Below are positions 1-10,013 of a stretch of DNA of 64,000 nt, piece after piece. Source of the stretch: Candidatus Omnitrophota bacterium (GTDB lineage Bacteria; Omnitrophota; Gorgyraeia; Zapsychrales; JBDRMG01); contig JBDRMG010000064.1 of the NCBI GenBank assembly GCA_043812495.1, positions 2,799 to 66,798 on the forward strand, written 5' to 3'. The notes under the pieces are model-generated. The model was not told the origin of the DNA. It made no database searches and saw only the letters and a list, made by a program, of their open reading frames with translations. Positions within the stretch are counted from its first letter, which is position 1, and each line of letters starts with the position of its first letter. A program made the translations under genes and the position numbers.

Positions 1-216
1 TTGATGCGCCCAGTTGCGATGAATGCCCTCATTCTCCATTTTGCGGTGAAATATTTTATCCGTGAATTCTCTAGCAAGCTCGACGGTGCGATCCGTGCTT
101 TCGTCATCGACAATCACAGTTTCATCCACCCAGCCGTGGACACTTTCCAGGCACGTGCGAATATTTTCTTCCTCGTTCTTTGTTATAACAACAACGGAGA
201 CAGGTATTTTATGCAT
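1..216 (-). CDS. GT2 glycosyltransferase, N-terminal part (runs off the window edge)
   Basis: Manual translation from ATG 216: MHKIPVSVVVITKNEEENIRTCLESVHGWVDETVIVDDESTDRTVELARE..., a typical GT2 N-terminus; overlaps the upstream gene stop. Not in the ORF track. Confidence 0.9.
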   Translation of the reverse strand, partial: MHKIPVSVVVITKNEEENIRTCLESVHGWVDETVIVDDESTDRTVELAREFTDKIFHRKMENEGIHRNWAHQ

Positions 217-1318
217 TTTTCAGAACATCCTTTAGGGTGCTCGCCACATACTCGATTTGGTCTCCTTGCATATGGGGAAACATCGGCAGCGATAATTGTT
301 TATTAGCAAAATCTTCGGCAGCGGGAAAATCACCAGGTTGATATCCTAAATCTTTGTAGGCTTCTTGAAGATGAAGCGGAATCGGAAAATGAATCAGGGC
401 GCCGATTCCTTTTTCCTGAATCTTTTCAACCACTTGATTTCTCTCTCTGACCGCCACTCCGTAGATATGAAAAACATGTGTCCGATCCGGCTTGATTGCA
501 GGAATCTGAAGTCCCGGAATATCTTTCAGTAAGGCAGCGTATTTTTGCGCGCAGGCCTGGCGCATTGCGCTCCATTGGTCCAGCCTCTTTAATTTGGCGG
601 CTAAAACAACGGCCTGAACCGTGTCCAAACGGGAATTATAGCCGATCATAATATGATCATAACGCCCTCGGCGTCCGTAATCGCGCAGCATGCGCACTTG
701 TTCGGCTATTTTGTCATCACCTGTGAGAACCATGCCACCGTCGCCAAAGGCCCCTAAATTTTTCGTCGGATAAAAGCTAAAGCAGGCGATATCGGCCAGG
801 GATCCGATGCGTTTATTCTTGTAAAAGGCCCCATGCGCTTGCGCCGCGTCTTCGATGACCGCCAGTTTATGCTTTCTGGCTATAGCAAGAATCTCATCCA
901 TATCGGCAGGTTGTCCGTAAAGATGGACAGGAATCACGGCTTTTGTTTTTTTGGTCATGGCCTTTTCAAAGGATTGCGGGTCTAGATTGTGCGAATCCTT
1001 TTGAATATCGGCGAAAACGACCTTCGCTCCCGTATAGGTCACAGCGAGCGCCGTTGCAATAAAAGTAAAGGCCGGCACAATGACTTCATCTCCCAATCCG
1101 ATCCCTAAGGCTTTGAGAGCTAAAAACAAAGCATCCGTTCCGGAATTGACGCCTATTCCGTGTTTGGCTTGCGAGTATTTGGCAAAGGCAGCTTCGAATT
1201 CTTTTTCTTGGGGTCCCAGGATAAAGCTGCCTTTCGTAAAAACATCCTTTAAGCCCGCCTGAATCTCATCCTGAATTTCCTTTAATTGTTCGCTAAAATC
1301 AACGAATGGTACTTTCAT
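209..1318 (-). CDS. DegT/DnrJ/EryC1/StrS family PLP-dependent sugar aminotransferase
   Basis: NSGTDAL, IPVHLYGQ, IEDAAQAHG, SFYPTKNLGAFGDGG motifs. Confidence 0.95.
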   Translation of the reverse strand: MKVPFVDFSEQLKEIQDEIQAGLKDVFTKGSFILGPQEKEFEAAFAKYSQAKHGIGVNSGTDALFLALKALGIGLGDEVIVPAFTFIATALAVTYTGAKVVFADIQKDSHNLDPQSFEKAMTKKTKAVIPVHLYGQPADMDEILAIARKHKLAVIEDAAQAHGAFYKNKRIGSLADIACFSFYPTKNLGAFGDGGMVLTGDDKIAEQVRMLRDYGRRGRYDHIMIGYNSRLDTVQAVVLAAKLKRLDQWSAMRQACAQKYAALLKDIPGLQIPAIKPDRTHVFHIYGVAVRERNQVVEKIQEKGIGALIHFPIPLHLQEAYKDLGYQPGDFPAAEDFANKQLSLPMFPHMQGDQIEYVASTLKDVLKNA

Positions 1319-2393
1319 AAGCTTCTTGAACTCCTTTCATAACATCTTCAACGCTCAAGCGATTCAAACAATTATGATGAGCGCAACTGGCCATGCGAAA
1401 ACGCCGATAACACGGATGGCAAGCTATTGGGTGAGTCACCACAACATGATTATCTTTGGGATACGGGCCATAGACGCGTTCATCGACAGGGCCGAAAATA
1501 GATACCGTCGGCACCTTCATGGCCACGGCCATGTGTAACGGCCCGCCGTCATTGACAATCGCCAAACAGCATTTCGCTAAAAGAGCAAGGGTCTGAGGAA
1601 TCGTTGCTTTTCCGGCGCATTGGATCGCCTCATGATGCATATTGTCGGCGACAAAACGGCACAGCCGCTCTTCCTCTTGGCTTCCCATTAATATAATCTT
1701 GGCGGAAAATTCCTTCACACATTGATCACCAAGCTCGGCAAATTTGCTCATCGACCATTGTTTATATTGAGCGTCTTTGCCCCAGCTGGCCCCGCCACCG
1801 GGAATGATGGCGATCAGAAAATCGTCTTTCTTAATATTATATGTCGTTAAGAGATCTTCTGCCCATTTTTTATCTTCTTTTTGCGGGAAGACCTCAAGCT
1901 TATTTCTCAAAATGGGAACCTTCAATGGTTCCAGCAAGCTTAAATAATACTCAATGACGTGTTGTTTTTCAAATCCTTTTAAATGTATTTTTCGATTCAG
2001 AAAAGGATTCCGGTTTTTGTAATTAAAGCCCACGCGCTTCCTGATACCGATCAGCCACATCAAAAAACCCGTCCAAAAATTCAGCGACAGATCCATGACG
2101 CAATCAAAATTCTCATTTTTGATATCCGCAAGCATTTGCCGCATTTTCTTGAGAAACTGAACTTTGGATTTTTTATATATTTCGTGAAACTCATCGCGCT
2201 CATAAACAAATAACTTATCAATTTTTGGATTGTTCTGAAGAATGCTCAAGGCTCTCTTGTTGCAGACATATCCGATAAAAATATCAGGAAAATGTTCTTT
2301 GAGATTGCTGATCAAGGGAGTCGTAAAGAGAACATCTCCGATGCCGAAGATATTAATAATAAGAATCCTTTTAAGCTTTCTAGACTCAGGCAT
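1299..2393 (-). CDS. GT9 LPS heptosyltransferase (WaaF-like)
   Basis: GIGDVLFTTPL, NDGGPLHMAVA, SIFGP, C-terminal CxPC motif; start set at MPESRK because the longer ORF runs through a repeat element. Confidence 0.9.
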   Translation of the reverse strand: MPESRKLKRILIINIFGIGDVLFTTPLISNLKEHFPDIFIGYVCNKRALSILQNNPKIDKLFVYERDEFHEIYKKSKVQFLKKMRQMLADIKNENFDCVMDLSLNFWTGFLMWLIGIRKRVGFNYKNRNPFLNRKIHLKGFEKQHVIEYYLSLLEPLKVPILRNKLEVFPQKEDKKWAEDLLTTYNIKKDDFLIAIIPGGGASWGKDAQYKQWSMSKFAELGDQCVKEFSAKIILMGSQEEERLCRFVADNMHHEAIQCAGKATIPQTLALLAKCCLAIVNDGGPLHMAVAMKVPTVSIFGPVDERVYGPYPKDNHVVVTHPIACHPCYRRFRMASCAHHNCLNRLSVEDVMKGVQEAYESTIR

Positions 2394-2423
2394 ACTAAAA
2401 ATAGTTATTAATGAAAAATCGTC

Positions 2424-2568
2424 TTTAAACGCAGATTCTCCTCCTCGCTTTTCGCTCGGAGTCCCGAGCAAAAAGCGAGGGACAGATTGCACGCAGATAT
2501 TCGCAAATTAGATCGTCAAAATAAATCTGCGAATATTTGCGTTTGATTTGCGTAAATCTGCGTTCAGA
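2424..2568. repeat. Palindromic CGCAGAT/ATCTGCG element with a nested second hairpin
   Basis: TTTAAACGCAGAT...ATCTGCGTTCA, colinear with 55757-55850, plus an inserted hairpin at about 2442-2483. Confidence 0.8.
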
Positions 2569-2585
2569 ATGGTTTTTCATCTTTA

Positions 2586-2744
2586 CTAAAACAGCGTGTA
2601 GATAAAAGGCGTTACCGCCGAGCTCTCCGTAAAAACAATCAAAAGTCCCAATAATACCAGAACAATAATAATGGGCGCGAGCCAAAATCTCTTTCTGATT
2701 TTCATGAAATCCCAAAACTCTTTGATAATCGATAGCTTTGACAT
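2586..2744 (-). CDS. Small membrane protein, DUF5989/SxtK-like
   Basis: MSKLSIIKEFWDFMKIRKRFWLAPIIIVLVLLGLLIVFTESSAVTPFIYTLF; AAAGGA RBS; lies after the carbamoyltransferase and SxtJ-like genes. Confidence 0.85.
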   Translation of the reverse strand: MSKLSIIKEFWDFMKIRKRFWLAPIIIVLVLLGLLIVFTESSAVTPFIYTLF

Positions 2745-2758
2745 AATATCCTTTCTGC

Positions 2759-3157
2759 CTAAAATTGCTGGTGGTAGCGCTGTTGGTTGAAGTCTTCTTG
2801 TTTTCTTAAATGCCAATAGGATTCCTTCTGTGGTTCCAGTTTTTGATCGAGGGGATCTTTCTTGAGAATCCGCATGGCTAAACCCGCTATTCCAAAAAGA
2901 ACGAAGAAAACAACCGACAAAATGACGGATGTCACAACGGCGCCGATCACGTGAACAACCGCCATCCATTTTTGATATAAAGGAATAAGCGTCTCCCATT
3001 TCAAAATACTCATGCACAAAAGCATCAAGGCCACGACGCCGAGCGCAAGGGGAATCAATAAATCACCGTGTTTAACCCATAATCGATAACCCACAAAAGC
3101 CAGAATCAGGGACAGTCCATACCCAAAGACAAGAACTTGTTTTTTGATAATTTTCAT
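2759..3157 (-). CDS. SxtJ family membrane protein
   Basis: Three hydrophobic segments; LYQKWM, KDPLD, SYW and QQF motifs; gene context. Confidence 0.8.
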   Translation of the reverse strand: MKIIKKQVLVFGYGLSLILAFVGYRLWVKHGDLLIPLALGVVALMLLCMSILKWETLIPLYQKWMAVVHVIGAVVTSVILSVVFFVLFGIAGLAMRILKKDPLDQKLEPQKESYWHLRKQEDFNQQRYHQQF

Positions 3158-3158
3158 T

Positions 3159-4985
3159 TCAATCCAGTTCTAAAGAAATTTTTTCTTTTTTGCATTGATG
3201 GTCAACGGATTGTTTTGTTTTATCCAAAACACAAGAACCCATCACGAGAAAATCCATATCGGTGCGCATAAAACAACGATAAGCATCTTGCGGAGTGCAG
3301 ACGATCGGCTCACCTCTTACATTAAACGACGTGTTAATAATCACCGGGCATCCGGTTAACTCATCAAAAGCCTGGATGATCTTATGAAATAGCGGATTGG
3401 TTTCTTGATTGACCGTCTGGATGCGCGCGGAATAATCGACATGTGTGACCGCCGGGATAACCGAGCGCTTCATTTTTAATTTATCAATGCCTTTGGCCTT
3501 ATCATCTTTTGATTCAGGTAATATCTTGTCCTCTTTGACCTGCGCAACCAAGAGCATGTAGGGGCTAGCGCAGCGGATATCAAAATAATCATAGGCCTTT
3601 TCTTCCGTAACCGACGGAGCAAAAGGCCGGAAAGATTCCCGGAATTTGATTTTTAAATTCATGACGGATTGCATTTTCTCGGAGCGCGCATCGCCGATAA
3701 TACTTCGCGCACCCAACGCCCGGGGACCAAATTCTACGCGCCCCTGAAAAAGACCAACCACTTTTTCTTCTTGGAGCAGCTGAGCTATTTTCTTTGCTAA
3801 ATCGATTTCATCAAACTTCTCAGCGACCGCCTGTGTATGGCGAATAAATTCTTCAATAGTTTTGTCGTCAAAGCTCGGCCCTAGACAAGAACCCTTTTGC
3901 TGATCATGAATACCATCGGCCTTTCTTTCGTGATTGAGATAACGGTACCAAATAAATAAGGCCGCTCCCAATGCGCCTCCCGCATCACCGGCCGCCGGCT
4001 GAATCCAGATATTTTCAAATGGACTTTCTTTTAAAATCCGGCCATTACCGACGCAGTTGAGGGTCACGCCTCCGGCTAAGCAAAGATTTTTCTTGCCTGT
4101 TGTTTTGTGAACATGATTCGCCATCTTAAGCATCACCTCTTCGGTGACATCCTGGATCGAACGCGCCACATCCATATAGATTTGCGTAATCGGCGATTCT
4201 GGTTTTCTTGGCGAGGCTCCAAAAAGATCATGAAATTTCTGATTGGTCATTGTCAAACCGGCGCAATAATTGAAATACTTCATATTCAGCTTAAACGAGC
4301 CATCCTCTCTGATGTCAATCAATTCGCGCCTGATGATGTCCGCATAGATGGGTTCTCCGTAAGGGGCTAAGCCCATTAGTTTGTATTCACCTGAATTCAC
4401 GCGAAACCCCGTGTAATATGTAAAGGCGGAATACAGCAAGCCCAGTGAATGAGGAAATTTGATTTCCGCCAATAGTTTGATTGTGTTATTCTCACCCACC
4501 CCATAGCTGGCCGTTGCCCATTCCCCCACGCCGTCCATCGTCAATACGGCCGCGTCTTGAAACGGCGATGGGAAAAAGGCGCTGGCCGCGTGCGCCTCGT
4601 GATGTTCTGTGAAAAGGATTTCCCCTTTGAAGTTCAATTCTGTCTGGATCAGATCCTTTAAGAAGATTTTCTGTTTCAGCCAAAGCGGAATCGCTTTTAA
4701 AAAAGACATCAACCCCAACGGCGCATACGTCAGATACGTCAGAAGAATGCGCTCAAATTTCAAGAAAGGCTTATCATAAAATGCCACGAAACTTAAATCA
4801 TCGGCACTAATACCTTCTTGGCCCAAGCAATAACGAAGCGCGTTCTCTGGAAACGAGAAATCATGTTTTTTACGGGTAAAACGTTCTTCTTGCGCAGCCG
4901 CCATGATTTTTCCGTCTTTAACTAAACACGCGGCGCTATCGTGATAAAAAGCGGAAATGCCTAGAATATAGATTGGTTTACTCAT
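3159..4985 (-). CDS. Carbamoyltransferase, CmcH/NodU family
   Basis: GISAFYHDSAA, EERFTRKKH, HHEAHAASAF, GEYKLMGLAPYG, EFGPRALGARS, NTSFNVRGEPIV. Confidence 0.96.
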   Translation of the reverse strand: MSKPIYILGISAFYHDSAACLVKDGKIMAAAQEERFTRKKHDFSFPENALRYCLGQEGISADDLSFVAFYDKPFLKFERILLTYLTYAPLGLMSFLKAIPLWLKQKIFLKDLIQTELNFKGEILFTEHHEAHAASAFFPSPFQDAAVLTMDGVGEWATASYGVGENNTIKLLAEIKFPHSLGLLYSAFTYYTGFRVNSGEYKLMGLAPYGEPIYADIIRRELIDIREDGSFKLNMKYFNYCAGLTMTNQKFHDLFGASPRKPESPITQIYMDVARSIQDVTEEVMLKMANHVHKTTGKKNLCLAGGVTLNCVGNGRILKESPFENIWIQPAAGDAGGALGAALFIWYRYLNHERKADGIHDQQKGSCLGPSFDDKTIEEFIRHTQAVAEKFDEIDLAKKIAQLLQEEKVVGLFQGRVEFGPRALGARSIIGDARSEKMQSVMNLKIKFRESFRPFAPSVTEEKAYDYFDIRCASPYMLLVAQVKEDKILPESKDDKAKGIDKLKMKRSVIPAVTHVDYSARIQTVNQETNPLFHKIIQAFDELTGCPVIINTSFNVRGEPIVCTPQDAYRCFMRTDMDFLVMGSCVLDKTKQSVDHQCKKEKISLELD

Positions 4986-4986
4986 T

Positions 4987-5820
4987 TTATTTAATTCTTA
5001 TTTTAATTCTCTTCGGACTTTTATATCGCACGCGAAAAACTTTAAAAGGATGCCACCAGTATTTTCTTGAAATTTTAACCCAATCGTCTTGGCTTAATCC
5101 GTGTTCTTCTATTTTCTCGCGCATGACAGCTGGATGCGTCCCAAAATAAATCGGAAAGCGATCTAAATGGTCAAAAGAATTTTGTAACGATTTTTCCTTA
5201 TCGGAGAATCCGATGTCCTGTGCGTTTTCTCGTCTCATTTTCATGATTTCAGGATTTTGAACCCATCCATAATGATACAAGAACTTTCTTGTGTTGATGC
5301 GTTTCAGGGGCTGACCGTCTTTACGCTTAAAAGTATAAGCGTCCTCGCAGGATATAATCTCGCCGTTATTCTTGATAATCCTGTCCTGCTTTTGATACCA
5401 GCCAAGATCGATGCGGTAGCGATAATAGCTGCCGTAAAAATGCAGCCAGGCAAAGCGAAGTGCCTCGGCGTCCTGATTATGCAGATTCTCTTCCATGCAT
5501 TGACGCAGGAAAGGCAAATCCGCTTCATGAATCACTTCATCGCTCTGTAAATAAAAAGCCCAATCCCCCGAACATTCCTTCAAGGCCAAATTTGTCTGAT
5601 GCGAAAGAACCTCTTTGCCTTTCGATAAATCCCATTGATTCTGAACAATTTTAATTTTTTCGTCTTTCAAGGATCGGATAAGCTCTAGCGTGCTATCTTG
5701 GCTATCCCCTACATTCACAATAAACTCATCGCAAATCGGCAAAATCGATTGGATAGATTCCAAAACAGGATATCCAAATTTGACGGCATTTCGCGTAATC
5801 GTAAAGCCGCTAACTTTCAT
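4987..5820 (-). CDS. GT2 glycosyltransferase
   Basis: KVSGFTITRNA, VNVGDSQD, WAFYLQSDE, LYHYGW. Confidence 0.85.
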   Translation of the reverse strand: MKVSGFTITRNAVKFGYPVLESIQSILPICDEFIVNVGDSQDSTLELIRSLKDEKIKIVQNQWDLSKGKEVLSHQTNLALKECSGDWAFYLQSDEVIHEADLPFLRQCMEENLHNQDAEALRFAWLHFYGSYYRYRIDLGWYQKQDRIIKNNGEIISCEDAYTFKRKDGQPLKRINTRKFLYHYGWVQNPEIMKMRRENAQDIGFSDKEKSLQNSFDHLDRFPIYFGTHPAVMREKIEEHGLSQDDWVKISRKYWWHPFKVFRVRYKSPKRIKIRIK

Positions 5821-6919
5821 AAACATCCTTGTAGACCCGGAGGGTCTCCTGCGCTGTTTTTAAGAAAGAAAATTCCTCTGCTCTCCCTAAAGCCTTGATT
5901 CTCAATTCTTGTTCACATTTTTCATCTTCAAGAACACGGATGATGGCTTGCGCAATATCCTCAGGATTGTAGGGATCGACGATTAGCGCCGCATCTTTGG
6001 CAATCTCCGGGCACGAGGAAGCGTTGCTTGTTACAACCGCCGCGCCGCAGCTCAAAGCTTCAAGAATCGGAAATCCGAAACCTTCATAAAAAGACGGATA
6101 TGCAAAGACATCCGCGCAATTATAAAAATTCCTTAACTCCTGATCTTGGATGTAGCCGACAAAAACAACGTCATTCTTAAGTCCGAGGTCCTTGACCATA
6201 TTTGCAATATCGTCGCTCATCCACCCTTTCATCCCGATAACCACAAGCTTCCTTGAAATATTCTTTTTCTTCATGAGCGAGAACGCCAACAGAAGATTCT
6301 TGAGATTCTTCCTGGGCTCAATGGTTCCGACAAATAAAATGAAGGGCTGTTTGATACCCCGCGCCTGAATCGCTTGCCTCCCTTGAGCTTTTTGCTTTTC
6401 ATCGAGGGGATAAAAATTTGTTTTATCCACGCCCTGATAGACCACGCATGTTTTATCCTCTTTAATCGGATAAAAGCGTTGCAGATCGGTCTGCGTGCTT
6501 TTTGAGACGCAAATAATGCGATCGGCTTTCGATGTGATCTCGTTGAATTGCTTTTCAACAGTTTTGATGGTGCTCGGCGTATGCCCTTCAGGATATGTCC
6601 TGTGAATCAGATCATGGACCGTCACGATGATTTTGGCCTCATCGATATCGATCGTATCCGGACTCGGGGAATGATAAAGATCCACCGGCCCCAGCGTTGC
6701 GTTGAGGCCCTGGTTCAACCAATCGTGCTTAATATGAAAGTTTTTCGCCTTGACCTTGGGTGCCTGACGGCTAAAATCAAAAAGACCTTTTTTAATGTAG
6801 AGGCGATAATCGTTGGTCGCGTCGATATCGGATAAAGAAAAAACAAGATTGCGGGCGTAGCGACCGATCCCTGTGGTGTGCTTTTTTAAGAAAGAGCGGC
6901 AATTAATGGCAATGCGCAT
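5810..6919 (-). CDS. GT4 glycosyltransferase (mannosyltransferase-like)
   Basis: TGIGRY, TVHDL, FVGTIEPRKN, PSFYEGFGFPILEA. Confidence 0.93.
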   Translation of the reverse strand: MRIAINCRSFLKKHTTGIGRYARNLVFSLSDIDATNDYRLYIKKGLFDFSRQAPKVKAKNFHIKHDWLNQGLNATLGPVDLYHSPSPDTIDIDEAKIIVTVHDLIHRTYPEGHTPSTIKTVEKQFNEITSKADRIICVSKSTQTDLQRFYPIKEDKTCVVYQGVDKTNFYPLDEKQKAQGRQAIQARGIKQPFILFVGTIEPRKNLKNLLLAFSLMKKKNISRKLVVIGMKGWMSDDIANMVKDLGLKNDVVFVGYIQDQELRNFYNCADVFAYPSFYEGFGFPILEALSCGAAVVTSNASSCPEIAKDAALIVDPYNPEDIAQAIIRVLEDEKCEQELRIKALGRAEEFSFLKTAQETLRVYKDVYES

Positions 6920-6931
6920 GAATAATTTTTC

Positions 6932-8062
6932 TTATTTTGTTTCTGATTTTAGGAACTTATCAATCGTCTGAATCACATAGTCGAGATGCGGGCGATCCAA
7001 ATCCTGATGCACGCCGATATGCAGGCCCTGCTCGCCGAAATATTCCGCGTTCGGAAAATCACCCAGTTTGTGACCGAGAAAAGCATATCCCGGACACTGT
7101 GTCGGCATGGAATAGAAAAGATTACGCGAATCAATCCCGGCTTTGTCGATATAATGAACGAATTCATCGCGCGTAAAAGGAACGTTTTCTTTTAAGGTGA
7201 TCGGAAAGGCATGCGGCCCGAGTTTTTCGTAGGGTTCTTCTTTGATGGAGAAAAGATATTTTTCGAACTGCTTAAATTGGTCGATCAAATACAACATATT
7301 TTCGCGTCTTTTCTCGAGAATCTTCTTGAAAATTCGAACATTTCCGAGGCCCACCGCAGCCTCGATTTCATTCATTTTGGCTGAAAATCCCACGCGCTTA
7401 TAAACAAATTTATGCTCCATGCCGTGGTTTCTTAAGGAGCGCAATATGTCTGCCATTTTGGCGTCATTGGTTAGAACTATACCGCCTTCGATCGTGGTAA
7501 TAATGTGGGCTGCGTAAAGGCTAAAGGCCGCCATATGGCCTAAGGTCCCGATTGTCTTGCCTTTGTATTCCGCGCCATGCGCTTCCGCCGCGTCCTCAAC
7601 GACATAAAGATTATGCTTCTTGGCAATTTCTAAAATTGGATCCATATCTGCCGGCTTTCCCATGAGATGCACCGGCATGATGGCCTTTGTTTTCTTGGTA
7701 ACTTTGGCCTCGATCTTCGCAGAATCAATGTTGAGTGTTTCTTTTTGAACGTCGACGAAAACAGGCGTAAATCCGGCATTCAAAACAGCATTACCTGTCG
7801 CAACAAACGATAAAGCCGGAATGATCACTTCGTCACCGCGCTTAGCACCATAATCATAAAGCACGGCCAGAGAAAGCGTATTGGCATCTGTTCCGCTTGA
7901 GACAGCCACGGCCTCTTTTGTACCGAATATTTTGGCAAATTCTTTTTCAAATTCCGCGACATATTTCCCACGCGTGATCCATCCCGTATCGAGAATCTGA
8001 TTAATTAATTCGCGCGCTTCATTCGTCACCGAAATCGTTCCAAAAGGTACTTTGTATTCCAT
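6932..8062 (-). CDS. DegT/DnrJ/EryC1/StrS family aminotransferase/dehydratase-like protein
   Basis: SSGTDA, MPVHLMG, EDAAEAHG; SLYAAHIITTIEGG has His where the PLP lysine usually sits. Confidence 0.9.
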   Translation of the reverse strand: MEYKVPFGTISVTNEARELINQILDTGWITRGKYVAEFEKEFAKIFGTKEAVAVSSGTDANTLSLAVLYDYGAKRGDEVIIPALSFVATGNAVLNAGFTPVFVDVQKETLNIDSAKIEAKVTKKTKAIMPVHLMGKPADMDPILEIAKKHNLYVVEDAAEAHGAEYKGKTIGTLGHMAAFSLYAAHIITTIEGGIVLTNDAKMADILRSLRNHGMEHKFVYKRVGFSAKMNEIEAAVGLGNVRIFKKILEKRRENMLYLIDQFKQFEKYLFSIKEEPYEKLGPHAFPITLKENVPFTRDEFVHYIDKAGIDSRNLFYSMPTQCPGYAFLGHKLGDFPNAEYFGEQGLHIGVHQDLDRPHLDYVIQTIDKFLKSETK

Positions 8063-8075
8063 GTGTCCCTTCCTT

Positions 8076-9281
8076 TTAAACCCTCCCAAGAGGTTTTCTG
8101 AATTTTAACCGCAATAATGCAAAGACAAGCAGCAAGGCTGCGATGGTGACCGAAGACAGTTCTTCAAACAAATTCTCAAATTGATCTCCCACCACCGACT
8201 CCGCGGCCCAACTTGATAAAGCAAAAGCCAAAATCATCAAAACAAGCGTCAGTTTATCCTTGAAGTTCTCCTTCATCAGATAGCTCAATAAATAAATGTA
8301 AACGAATAAAAGGACAACAAAGTTTGTCATCCAGGCATTGGGATTAAAGATAGCCATGCCAATCATCAAAAGTCCGTAATCGATCAAGTTGGTGTCATTG
8401 CGGTTAGCCGCCGGCTGAAGCGTTAAAAGATAAATAAGCACGGCTAGAAAAATACCCGTTAACAAAGCTTCCTGAAATGTCAAGCGACCGACCGGTCTTC
8501 CGTAAGGCGAATCTGGTGATAGATACCTTAAAGCAAACGAATAGACAGACTGGTTTTTATAATCATACCAGCTAGATTGATCCAACGATGTTTTTGTAAT
8601 AAACGGCATCCATTTCTGAAGATAATTCACTTGGTTATCTACGCCAACATAAAGAGCAGGTAATGCCAAGAAAATGCATACAAAACATATCGTTAAAATA
8701 ATAATCCCGGTCCTGGCGCGTAAAAGTAAATACGGCAAAAAAATGGCCGGCATATATTTGAACATGACCGAAAGACCTAGAAAGGCCGACCCAAAGAAAG
8801 CTCTTTTATTTTCGAATAAATAAAGCGCCACCAATACCAAGAAAACCATGATGAGATTCACCTGCCCTGAATCCCACACAAGAAGTATGAAACGCGACGT
8901 GAAAAGAATGGAAAAGAAAAACATCGCGATTTTCTTTCTTAATGATAATTCTTCTATTCCGACTAGCTTAGCGGATACAAAACAAATTCCTATTAAAGAA
9001 AGGAAATTTAACGTAAAAAAGACCAAACTGGCCTGATGCTTGGGTAATAAACTTAAAGGGGAAATGAGCATCGCAAACATCGGTGAATATTTAAATGGCG
9101 TGATTTTCTTATCAGGACGACTATAGATATCCTTCTTTTCAAGAAATCGTTCACCGGTCGCGTAATAGACGCGAAAATCGGAATATTTTCTCTGCGGCGC
9201 GCGATTGGCATAGCGAACGAGATTGCCCGTAAAAACCGCGCAGATAACCAACAGAATGATGATTTTAAGACTCCGGCGCAT
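8076..9281 (-). CDS. GT87/DUF2029 polytopic membrane glycosyltransferase (GT-C fold)
   Basis: DFRVYY, FKYSP, GQVN, FKYMP motifs; many TM helices; start at MRRSLK. Confidence 0.8.
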   Translation of the reverse strand: MRRSLKIIILLVICAVFTGNLVRYANRAPQRKYSDFRVYYATGERFLEKKDIYSRPDKKITPFKYSPMFAMLISPLSLLPKHQASLVFFTLNFLSLIGICFVSAKLVGIEELSLRKKIAMFFFSILFTSRFILLVWDSGQVNLIMVFLVLVALYLFENKRAFFGSAFLGLSVMFKYMPAIFLPYLLLRARTGIIILTICFVCIFLALPALYVGVDNQVNYLQKWMPFITKTSLDQSSWYDYKNQSVYSFALRYLSPDSPYGRPVGRLTFQEALLTGIFLAVLIYLLTLQPAANRNDTNLIDYGLLMIGMAIFNPNAWMTNFVVLLFVYIYLLSYLMKENFKDKLTLVLMILAFALSSWAAESVVGDQFENLFEELSSVTIAALLLVFALLRLKFRKPLGRV

Positions 9282-10002
9282 AATATCCTTTGCAATGATT
9301 ATAGCGTATCCTGAAAAGATCGATAAACATGCTTGTGGAATCACGAATGACATCCACCCGCGAATTTTCGCGATTGACCCACGTGACAGGCACCTCTTTG
9401 ATTCCATAACCCAATAATTTTGCGATAAACAAAATCTCTGCGTCAAAGCAAAAACCGCCGATGCGCTGACGGCTAAAAATGGGCGCGATTGTATTTCTTT
9501 TAAAACACTTAAAACCGCACTGCGTATCGATGATTCCACGAAAGAGGACCATCTGAACAAGCAAATTAAAAATCCTGCCCATGTTTCTTCTAAAGTATCC
9601 CTGTTTTTTGACAACGTTTGAGCCCGGCAGGGACCGAGACCCTATGGAAATATCAATTCTATCTTCGAGGGCCTGAAGAAGGCGGGGGATTTCTTCAACA
9701 GGGGTCGAAAGGTCCGCGTCCGCAAAGAACACATAATCTTTGGTCGCAGCCAGCATGCCCGTTTTGACGGTTGTTCCTTTTCCTTCGTTCTTGGAAATAT
9801 TAAGAACGCGGATATGGTTATCTTTCTTCGCGACATCCACTGCTTTTGCGTAAGAATCATCTGTGCTTCCGTCGTCAACAACAATGATTTCATAGGATCT
9901 GAAGTTCTTCGAAAGAAACTCTTTGGTCTTTATTAAGGCATCTTGAATGCAGGCCTCTTCATTGTAGACAGGGATAACAACAGAAACGCTTTTATTGTTC
10001 AT
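9265..10002 (-). CDS. Polyprenyl-phosphate glycosyltransferase (dolichyl-P glucosyltransferase-like GT2)
   Basis: VVIPVYNE, VDDGSTD, NEGKG, DADLS, DTQCGFK. Confidence 0.9.
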   Translation of the reverse strand: MNNKSVSVVIPVYNEEACIQDALIKTKEFLSKNFRSYEIIVVDDGSTDDSYAKAVDVAKKDNHIRVLNISKNEGKGTTVKTGMLAATKDYVFFADADLSTPVEEIPRLLQALEDRIDISIGSRSLPGSNVVKKQGYFRRNMGRIFNLLVQMVLFRGIIDTQCGFKCFKRNTIAPIFSRQRIGGFCFDAEILFIAKLLGYGIKEVPVTWVNRENSRVDVIRDSTSMFIDLFRIRYNHCKGYYAPES

Positions 10003-10013
10003 TGATAATGGTC

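Noticed and set aside
2586-4985. Saxitoxin biosynthesis
   Set aside because: Only SxtI/J/K-like genes are present; no sxtA, sxtG or other core genes.
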